A stretch of DNA of 64,000 nucleotides from an uncultured virus (IMG/VR IMGVR_UViG_3300020197_002285) (taxonomy: Duplodnaviria > Heunggongvirae > Uroviricota > Caudoviricetes), in the IMG/VR virus record IMGVR_UViG_3300020197_002285; one strand, given 5' to 3'. The translations under genes and the position numbers were made by a program. The notes beneath the pieces are model-generated. The model searched no databases, was not told the origin of the DNA, and worked only from the letters and a program-made list of their open reading frames with translations. Positions 56,489 through 64,000 of this stretch are shown piece after piece (position 1 is the stretch's first letter; the number at the start of each line of letters is the position of its first letter).

Positions 56489-57550
56489 TCAAGAGTATTT
56501 TTTGACTGGATCGGAGATAAAATTTAGGTGTTCAGCAAAGTCTTTTTTGGTGGGAATAAAAATGACAGGCGCTGCTCCCCGGAGAAGGGCGGAAACGAAA
56601 GGTAGCTTAACAGGGTGACCTGCGTATCTCCAGCTTTTTAGATGGCACATAGAATATTCAAAATCTGGATTGTTTACAATTCGTTCAAGTAGCCAAATTT
56701 TGGTCTTCAAAAGACCTTCACTCAATATCGTAAATTTATTTGAATGCCCCAATCCCAAAAAATTCATGGCCTCAGAAACTGTAGGGCAAACGCTACAATC
56801 TGGTACAGGAGCGTCTTTGGCGTATTCGATAAAATTCAAAAATAAACGAACCCAATTTTTAATTTCATCGGAATCGAGAGTGCCTTCCGGCCAACGAAGT
56901 TCGATTGTTCTTCGATTAAAAGTTTTTTGTTTTACAGCACGACAATAATTTACCAAATTCAAAGTCACTCGTCTATCATTGTTCTCGTAGTATGACATAT
57001 TCGTGGGCTTTAAAGCATCATAAATCATCAAAGGTTCCAATTTAAGATCGAGGGGCGAATAACCAAAAACCAATGTTTTGGGGCAGAGCATTTCGCAATA
57101 AGGATTGTCAATTCTTCTTTTCGGCAATGCCAAAGCAAGGAAAGGTTCGAGTTTTAACCAAAACAACAAAATGCGACCAACCTGTTCTTCGCACAAATCA
57201 GAAGCATCTGCGTGAATGTGTAAGCCACAATTATTGTTGACCTTGACGCCTTTTTCCATCAAATGGTCGGCAATATCACAAATGTGATTAAGGTCTTGAA
57301 TGCCGCTGGCAATAAAACTGGCAACTTCGATCCCTTTTGGACCACCTCTGCCTTCGACACCACAAGTGGAATCGTCCTTGACATGCCAATAAGTGTTGTT
57401 TGTGCTGAGATTATATCTCGACGTGTACACGCTTTTGTGTGACACACCAAGTATGTGGCGGCGAATCGTTGGCTTTTTTATTTCGTTACCGACTTCAAGT
57501 TCGACACCGAACCGCCGCTCTGTATCGAACTTGCGAAAAAGACACTCCAT
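56489..57550 (-). CDS. Putative amidoligase (COOH-NH2 ligase type 2)
   Basis: FGVELEV, W.VK.D.T, IEVAS, CGLHIH, RTIELR..EGTLD. Confidence 0.8.
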   Translation of the reverse strand: MECLFRKFDTERRFGVELEVGNEIKKPTIRRHILGVSHKSVYTSRYNLSTNNTYWHVKDDSTCGVEGRGGPKGIEVASFIASGIQDLNHICDIADHLMEKGVKVNNNCGLHIHADASDLCEEQVGRILLFWLKLEPFLALALPKRRIDNPYCEMLCPKTLVFGYSPLDLKLEPLMIYDALKPTNMSYYENNDRRVTLNLVNYCRAVKQKTFNRRTIELRWPEGTLDSDEIKNWVRLFLNFIEYAKDAPVPDCSVCPTVSEAMNFLGLGHSNKFTILSEGLLKTKIWLLERIVNNPDFEYSMCHLKSWRYAGHPVKLPFVSALLRGAAPVIFIPTKKDFAEHLNFISDPVKKYS

Positions 57551-57598
57551 AAAACTTCCTCTTCAATAAACACAAGCATTATCCGAAGAGAATGAATG

Positions 57599-57904
57599 TC
57601 ATTCAAGGTCCGTTAGCCCAGGCTGACCTCTTTCTTTTCTAATTTGCCGCTGGATTAAATCTAGTTCTTCTTCGTATTTTTGATCCCACGTTTTCGGCTT
57701 TACAGGCAATACTTCTCCCTCTTCTCCCTCTTCTCCCTCTTCTTCCTCTTCTTCCTCTTCTTCCTCTTCCATTATAACCGACAACACATCGTCAACAAAA
57801 CCACGAAGACGAACGAGAAATGCGGCCAAATAAATCAAAATAAACAAGTTCAAAAGGCTGAGTGCGGACAAAACACAAATTGCGATCAATAACATAAGTT
57901 CCAT
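57599..57904 (-). CDS. Membrane-anchored protein with poly-Glu tract
   Basis: N-terminal TM helix; Glu run encoded by purine-rich repeat. Confidence 0.6.
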   Translation of the reverse strand: MELMLLIAICVLSALSLLNLFILIYLAAFLVRLRGFVDDVLSVIMEEEEEEEEEEEGEEGEEGEVLPVKPKTWDQKYEEELDLIQRQIRKERGQPGLTDLE

Positions 57905-57911
57905 AATTACC

Positions 57912-59972
57912 TCAAATTGAAAATTGTGGTTGCTTCTCAGGTATTATGAAAGTAATGTCTGTTTTATTCAAGTTGTCTTTGACATAATCTTCGCTTATTC
58001 TGATATTCAATTTATTTGAAAACCAGTAATTATTTTTGAATAAACCAATATTGTCATAGAGATTAACCACATTAACAAAGATATTTTCTCTTGTAGAAAC
58101 AGTTTGCCGCCTCGTATCAAATTGGAACGAGAAATCGAGGCCATCTCGGTCTGCGGTCAAGCAAATTTCTTCGGATGGGAAAAGAATCAACAAACGTGTG
58201 TCAAAATCCAAATTTGTAGTTGTATTTCTTCTCGTAAACAACAAAGAGAATTTCCACACGGAAGAAAAGAAATCATCATTTGCATATTTCGACGTACACG
58301 ACCAATCCACATTGATTCGCCAAGATTCCAAATTATTCAAGTTGTCGGCAGCAATTCCACTATAATGGAGAGTTCCCTGCCAAGAATTTAATCTTTTATT
58401 GTAAAACAACGGGAACGATTGCGGAACTGTGTAACCGTTTCTTTTCAAAAACTCTCTGAATTTGGCTCCGAATTCCAAATTGTGTTTGAAATTTAGTTTC
58501 AAATCAACCTGATTGCACTCGCCACAAGATGTATTTACTGTCTGAGTTAGGGGAGCAATAGGTGGCGCTTTTAAACCATCAATGGAATAATTAACTTCTA
58601 ATGTCTCAATATGAGCGCCTATACCCATATTTATATCATCAGTTGGGCGATAACTAGAAATAATGCCCGCTCCACCACCCAAAACAATATTTGGATTATA
58701 ATAAGGCTTGTACTTCAACTGAGCTAATCTATAATCAGCGATTCCACCCAAAGTAATTGGTGTGTCAGTCAAAGCTGTATACCAGAAATCCCCACTTATT
58801 GAATTTCTATTTGGAGCAACACCACCTAAAGTAATAGGAACAGAATCGTCAACAACATAAAAAATATTCAAATTGTGGGCTACGGCTGACCCGCCCATGA
58901 TAATTCCGCCAGAGCCATCGTAGTGCCAATCTGGGGATGCAACACTTGATTCTCCACCGATAGAAATACCACCGGAGCTACGATAAAGATAATCAATTAT
59001 GTTCGCACGAGCAGTTCCAGAGATTGTAATTCCGCCCGAAACTTTGGCCAAAATTGGGTAGCCAGCAAAACCACTCATCCTAATGCCAGCGTATGTGGGA
59101 TATACGTCACTCTTTCCATTAGAAACATAAACTGGACGAGGATAAGTTTTTGCGACATCAGACATTGTGATGCCACCCGTAGCCTTGTAGTGCCACTTTG
59201 AAGATTTAACATTGGCGTTGCCGCTCAAAACTATGCCGCCCGCCGCCGTTGTATTCCAATTAGAAGAGGTAACACCTATTTCACCAGAAACTTGTATTAT
59301 GCCATTTCCGGTGTGAGAGCAAACAGAAAGTTTTGGATAACAAAACGCTTCGCCTGATATTTCAATTTCACCGGAGCCTGTAACGTGTCTAACCGGATCA
59401 TGTCCACCGGATATTTTTATACCACCTGTGCCAGCATACGATGACCTCAGAGTCAACATTTTTCCCGCAGACATGCCCATGTGGGTGGTTGCATTTGTAT
59501 GCAGGCAAAATTCAAAACATTCCGGTATCTGGCAATATTCAACCTCATCCAAAGTATTACACTCTGGTGGTTTAGAATCACCTGTGACAACTAAATCAAG
59601 AGCTTCTGTTGAGAATTTCTTAATGCTACATATTGGCCACTTCCAGTTGGTTTTGGCAAGAAAATCACAGACTTCACCCAGATTGCGAGCAAATATAGTT
59701 TGCAAAAATCTTTGCCCGCAATTAACTGGATCATTGGTATCGAGAGGCAAGATTTCGCAACCGCTATAAAGCCCGTCATTCGGCTTGCAGCATCCTTCAA
59801 CTTGATAAACTTTTAGCGGTGGTTCTCCAACATCCCATACAAAATCTTGGACCATATCGAAATAACTGTGAATATCCCATTCAACATCCATAGAATAGGC
59901 GGCTATAAATGAGGATTTTGCCTCACCACCAATTACAATTTCTCCAGAGCCATCGTAGTAGTAATCTGCCAT
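57912..59972 (-). CDS. Probable virion structural protein with GxGGIxxxGxA repeats
   Basis: About a dozen repeats of Y..SGGI.I[SG]G.A; Cys-rich N-terminal part. Confidence 0.5.
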   Translation of the reverse strand: MADYYYDGSGEIVIGGEAKSSFIAAYSMDVEWDIHSYFDMVQDFVWDVGEPPLKVYQVEGCCKPNDGLYSGCEILPLDTNDPVNCGQRFLQTIFARNLGEVCDFLAKTNWKWPICSIKKFSTEALDLVVTGDSKPPECNTLDEVEYCQIPECFEFCLHTNATTHMGMSAGKMLTLRSSYAGTGGIKISGGHDPVRHVTGSGEIEISGEAFCYPKLSVCSHTGNGIIQVSGEIGVTSSNWNTTAAGGIVLSGNANVKSSKWHYKATGGITMSDVAKTYPRPVYVSNGKSDVYPTYAGIRMSGFAGYPILAKVSGGITISGTARANIIDYLYRSSGGISIGGESSVASPDWHYDGSGGIIMGGSAVAHNLNIFYVVDDSVPITLGGVAPNRNSISGDFWYTALTDTPITLGGIADYRLAQLKYKPYYNPNIVLGGGAGIISSYRPTDDINMGIGAHIETLEVNYSIDGLKAPPIAPLTQTVNTSCGECNQVDLKLNFKHNLEFGAKFREFLKRNGYTVPQSFPLFYNKRLNSWQGTLHYSGIAADNLNNLESWRINVDWSCTSKYANDDFFSSVWKFSLLFTRRNTTTNLDFDTRLLILFPSEEICLTADRDGLDFSFQFDTRRQTVSTRENIFVNVVNLYDNIGLFKNNYWFSNKLNIRISEDYVKDNLNKTDITFIIPEKQPQFSI

Positions 59973-59979
59973 TTAACCT

Positions 59980-61668
59980 TTATTCTTCTTCAAACTTCTC
60001 AATAATTGATGCAATCAGAGGGTGTCTAACAATAGAACTTGCTTTGAAGTGAATAACTCCAATGCCACTAACATCCTCTAATTTCTTGACGATATTGACC
60101 AAAGCTGTGTGACCGCCACCAATATCGCTTTGCATTGGATCGCCAGTTACAATAATCTTACTATTTTCACCAAAACGAGTCATAAACAACTTGAGTTGCG
60201 ACTTTGTTGCATTCTGAGCTTCGTCAAAAATACACACAGCATCGTCAAAGGTGCGGCCTCTCATATACGCTATGGGAGCTACTTCAATTGAGCGATTGAT
60301 TATATCTCTTTGTGGGCCTTCTAAACCCACACATTTATTGATACAATCATACATAGGAAGCATGTACGGATTCACCTTTTCATCAAAGGTGCCGGGCAAG
60401 TAACCCAAACTTTCTCCCGCCTCAACAATCGGTCTTGTGAGGATAATTCTCTTCTTCTTTTTGGCTAGAATTTCACTAATAGCGAAGGCGCAAGCCAAGT
60501 GGGTATTATGAGTAACTGTATAATTGTCTGTCAAATACAACGAATCTTTATGGTCAACAGATATGCACTGCATATCTTGTTGTTTATCAAGTTTTTCAAC
60601 TCTATCAATATATCTTTTAGGGGTATATTTACTGCGTGCCTTTCTCAAACGATTTTTTCTTGTGAGCAAGAAAACGCTTACATCATTAGATAAATTAAGA
60701 TAACAACGGTAAGAAACCCTATGTTGTTTGCCATTTTTATCAACAGAACCCTCTTTCCTTTTTATTCTAGTTGAACCTCCTAAAGAATAAATTAAATGGC
60801 AGAAATTTTTAGCCATCTCCCAAGAAGTAGTACAATATGAAATAGAACCTGTTTTTTCAACAGTACCATCACCATCCATCATTCCTTGCAAAAGAGAGAT
60901 TCTTTGGTCTACTGAACCGTATAAATAACACTCTGGGATGAACTTTTCGTAAGATAACAGCCCCCAAAGGCCCAACTCTTTCAACAATTCTTTGTAAATA
61001 TTTGATTTATTTGATCGTTTTGTTTTAACAATACGATGATCTATGCCTTTAGATTTGCAAACATATCCTGTCAGCAGCAATTCATTGACATTTTGAATGA
61101 TTTCTTGTTCACAAGAAGTAAAAACAACATTTGAATTTGTTATATTACCTTCAGACAACAAAATACCCATTAAATATGGAGGAATTACATAATCTTTTCT
61201 ATCAAACCCCACTGGCTTTGTTGTTTTTATAGATAATACCCTTTTACCATCAAATCGGCGGCAATTTTCCTGTAAATAAGAAGTGTCAACAACACGATTT
61301 TTCCAGCCATTATCAGCATGAGAGACTGACCAAAGATGTTCTGAGCAACAATCCACATAAGTTTCATCACTAAAATGCACTCTGAATACATCTTTCTTTC
61401 CTTGAGGGAAAACGCCAGTGACTTTTGAAAAACCTCCATCTGGATTTGCTATTTCATCTCCAATTTCAACATCTTTCATCAAAATATACCCATTACGAGT
61501 ATAAAGTTTTGAATTCATAGTTAACGCTTTGCCGGTACCGGCTGGCCCCAGCAAAAATAGAACGTCGTGTTGGTCGAACGCTCCCCAAGCCATTTTTTGA
61601 GCTTGATTTTTGAATTCTAGGTGAAAGGGTGAACCTGATCTTCTACCGGACGATTTTTCTTTTGCCAT
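59980..61668 (-). CDS. phoH: PhoH-like ATPase containing an intein
   Basis: GPAGTGK|T Walker A split by intein; RPIVEAGE.LGYLPG, AYMRGRT, DEAQN, GD..QSD, VRHPLI. Confidence 0.93.
   Translation of the reverse strand: MAKEKSSGRRSGSPFHLEFKNQAQKMAWGAFDQHDVLFLLGPAGTGKALTMNSKLYTRNGYILMKDVEIGDEIANPDGGFSKVTGVFPQGKKDVFRVHFSDETYVDCCSEHLWSVSHADNGWKNRVVDTSYLQENCRRFDGKRVLSIKTTKPVGFDRKDYVIPPYLMGILLSEGNITNSNVVFTSCEQEIIQNVNELLLTGYVCKSKGIDHRIVKTKRSNKSNIYKELLKELGLWGLLSYEKFIPECYLYGSVDQRISLLQGMMDGDGTVEKTGSISYCTTSWEMAKNFCHLIYSLGGSTRIKRKEGSVDKNGKQHRVSYRCYLNLSNDVSVFLLTRKNRLRKARSKYTPKRYIDRVEKLDKQQDMQCISVDHKDSLYLTDNYTVTHNTHLACAFAISEILAKKKKRIILTRPIVEAGESLGYLPGTFDEKVNPYMLPMYDCINKCVGLEGPQRDIINRSIEVAPIAYMRGRTFDDAVCIFDEAQNATKSQLKLFMTRFGENSKIIVTGDPMQSDIGGGHTALVNIVKKLEDVSGIGVIHFKASSIVRHPLIASIIEKFEEE
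60505..61527 (-). mobile_element. Class-3 intein (341 aa) with LAGLIDADG homing endonuclease
   Basis: Starts with Ala, block B HLW, block F MQC, block G VTHN, +1 Thr; MGILLSEG and LQGMMDGDG motifs. Confidence 0.88.
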
Positions 61669-61706
61669 TTACATAATTCCTTTGTTGTATTTAGATTTTG
61701 CCAAAC

Positions 61707-62123
61707 AAAAAAGGGGATGCTTTCCAGTGATAGAAAGTCCCCTTTTCTGCTTTAGACATTCGCACATTACTCATATGGCTCATTTTCCTAGAATGAACTT
61801 ATTCATCAGTTAGGTGGTCCAATGCAGGTGATTGACTTCCAATCAGTCTGACTTGTGTTTCTGTAGACCATAAGAAACAACTTGGCTTACAATATTTATC
61901 CTACATTCCCATCTTCTGAATAACGAATAATCCAAATGGTTGTCATAGACAAAAGATTGCTGCTCTTTGTGGGCTTTCCGTCATTTAAGGCTGACTCGTC
62001 ACCTTGTTGGCAGCTTGAGGATCGCCAACTACCCCCTTTAGGAAAGGGTCAGAACCACTTTTAACGATAAGCGACCGCCGTGTTGAGGCAAACGGCTCCT
62101 CCTTCGCAAGAAGACTATGACAA
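61707..62123 (-). ncRNA. Candidate about 410-nt structured ncRNA with own -10 box and terminator
   Basis: No ORF of 60 aa or more; TATAAT at 62127-62132; 9-bp long-range inverted repeat 61940-61948/62115-62123; many hairpins; terminator 61707-61742. Confidence 0.55.
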
Positions 62124-62176
62124 AGTATTATATACTTCGCCAAATAAAAACGAGAACATAAAACCTAAATATTGAC

Positions 62177-62617
62177 ATGATGGAAGGCTTTAAGTTATTT
62201 CTAGAACAATCCGAAGAAGAGAAAAACGTCAAACAACTTCTCAAAAAGTTGCCAGCGGGACACCGCAAACTCCTTGACGGATATAAGTTTAAATATCAAG
62301 GTGGAAATACGCTCAAGGGCGATGATGGACACATAGGAGTAATTTACAAAGATAAGATAACTGTAGCCGCTCCTTGGAATTACGGACGTGAATTCACAAC
62401 TCTACACGAAATTGCTCATCTTGTTTGGGAATACAAAATGACTCCCGAACTCAAAAAGGAATGGGGCAAAATCGCAAAAAAGAATCCAAAACAAAACCAA
62501 GATAATAGTGAAGAGAATTTTGCTATGGCTTACGCATGTCATTATGCTAAACACAAAATCAAAGTTCACGACTGTCCAGAATGGCATGACTTTATCAAAA
62601 ACAAGGTGCCCAAATGA
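62177..62617 (+). CDS. Zinc metallopeptidase-like protein
   Basis: TLHEIAH, EENFAMAY; FKLFLE N-terminus; TAAATA at 62166-62171. Confidence 0.65.
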   Translation: MMEGFKLFLEQSEEEKNVKQLLKKLPAGHRKLLDGYKFKYQGGNTLKGDDGHIGVIYKDKITVAAPWNYGREFTTLHEIAHLVWEYKMTPELKKEWGKIAKKNPKQNQDNSEENFAMAYACHYAKHKIKVHDCPEWHDFIKNKVPK

Positions 62618-62788
62618 CATTTAATGAATGGATGGGGCAATGGGCGGAGCTTTCTTAGGCGGTATAACGGCTGGACCAGTTGGCGTGTTACCCGGCTGGT
62701 TGGGTGGCAAAGCATCTGAGAAACTATTTCCAAAAGAAGTACTTAACATGAGCAAAAAGAAAATGAAAGCTCATTAAGTGCCGAAAGT

Positions 62789-62983
62789 ATGGCTATGGAA
62801 GAGGAAAAAATTGAAAAAGAGGATGAACAAGTTCAAGCACAATTTGTTGATCCTGTTTCAACAACTTTTAGCATCTGGTTAATCAAAGTCATTGTTGGCG
62901 GTATTATTGGGTCTATCGCCGGATTTTTCACCAAATTAGGTTTAAACAGGATATTCAATAAGAAAAATTCTCAACAAGATTAG
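62789..62983 (+). CDS. Small membrane protein
   Basis: Hydrophobic GxxxG segment. Confidence 0.45.
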   Translation: MAMEEEKIEKEDEQVQAQFVDPVSTTFSIWLIKVIVGGIIGSIAGFFTKLGLNRIFNKKNSQQD

Positions 62984-63695
62984 CTTGCCCCCAATCTTTC
63001 CCTACGTTGGCAACATATCTTTTTTGTTCATCGATCAACTTTAAGTTGGCAACACTCATGTCTTCAGTTTCTATAATGTTTTTATTTCTATAATTGGCCA
63101 CTCGCTCATCATTTGAATGAGATATGACCTTATTGAAACAAATCGAGCATGGCACTATACGCAAATTGTTATGCATTCTGGCACGAAACTGAAAATTTGT
63201 ATCATCCCAACCCCAGCCCTGATCTTGACTCTCATCATAGCCATTAACGCTATAAAAACTTTCCTTGGTCACAGCTATTTTCCCGCAAGTGCCATTATTC
63301 CCATCTGGGTCTTTTGGTGATGAGGGAACAATGATTTTTCGATCTTCGGAGAATGAATTATAAAGAAACTCTGGATAACCGGGAACAAGATAATTATCTG
63401 CATCTAGGTTACACAAAATATCCCCTGTAGCGGCCCGATGAGTCACATTCTTGGCATGAGCCGCCCAGAAATATTTTGGTTCATCTGTGCGAATAAATCT
63501 AAATCTACCCGACTGAACAAAACTTTGGAGTTGCCCCCAACTATTCCAAACCCATTCAGCAAGCCCGTCTGTGCTGCCGTAATCTAAAAGAACAATTTCT
63601 GAGTTTATTGAGGAAGCAACTTGCAGATTAGAAGGCAAAGTGTTCACAAGATGATGAAGACGGTTCATGCATGTTGTACAAAATGATATTTTCAT
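62955..63695 (-). CDS. Glycosyltransferase family 2
   Basis: ISFCTTCMNR, LLDYGSTDG, NLDADN, VNGYDE..GWGWDD; start reassigned to MKISF. Confidence 0.85.
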   Translation of the reverse strand: MKISFCTTCMNRLHHLVNTLPSNLQVASSINSEIVLLDYGSTDGLAEWVWNSWGQLQSFVQSGRFRFIRTDEPKYFWAAHAKNVTHRAATGDILCNLDADNYLVPGYPEFLYNSFSEDRKIIVPSSPKDPDGNNGTCGKIAVTKESFYSVNGYDESQDQGWGWDDTNFQFRARMHNNLRIVPCSICFNKVISHSNDERVANYRNKNIIETEDMSVANLKLIDEQKRYVANVGKDWGQANLVENFSY

Positions 63696-64000
63696 ACTGA
63701 CCCTGCAATTTTTTCCATCCGGGGGAATTTGGATTAAACCCTTGAACTTTGTGGACATAATCAAAGGTTGCTGGCTCGTCCCAAAACACTTCACAAGCAG
63801 TGCAACCCGCCCTTTTCCCGTACAACCTAGTTGTGGCACAGGAAAGGCATTTGGGACAAACAATAATCATAACATATCTCTTTTTATAAAAAAGCCAACC
63901 ACCGAACACCTGACATGATCGCCCGCAGTAATATCCACTCTATTGATGCAATGCCAACAGCTACCTTTTGTAAAAACCAAACGATTGGGCTTAGGAACAA

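Noticed and set aside
1..64000. Stop-codon reassignment
   Set aside because: Conserved genes (ligA, metG, phoH, tnpB) are full length under the standard code and no suppressor tRNA was found

Overview
This 64 kb window looks like part of a large (jumbo, T4-like) bacteriophage genome read with the standard code. Host is probably Planctomycetota; that is inference from the style of host-like genes. Most genes are on the minus strand, behind a recurring sigma70-type promoter (TTTACA-N16/17, ending in TGTGG or similar, then TATAAT; about 13 copies) or a T4-late-like TAAATA. Coding content: ParB-like protein, stand-alone ATP-dependent ligase domain, NAD-dependent LigA, CsrA, MetRS, Pth2, Ro60/TROVE, Macro domain, ART-like protein, PLA2-like protein, SpeD, RNase H, two sigma factors, amidoligase, PhoH with a class-3 intein, sugar-pathway, glycosyl- and methyltransferase genes, three TnpB loci, and a complete ubiquitin-like operon (E2, E2, JAB, E1, Ubl fusion). 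The most striking observation is in the tRNA genes. Four tRNAs (Arg-UCU twice, Thr-UGU, Val-UAC) carry 21-22 nt insertions in or next to the anticodon loop, all with the same small hairpin layout, and two of the inserts are clearly sequence-related. They are candidate mini-introns of an unrecognised type. One tRNA-Arg(UCU) is also split by an inverted cassette of about 760 bp that carries a promoter, an HNH gene and a replacement tRNA-Arg(UCU). Several unassigned structured ncRNA candidates lie nearby. All calls are from manual motif reading; no database searches were run.
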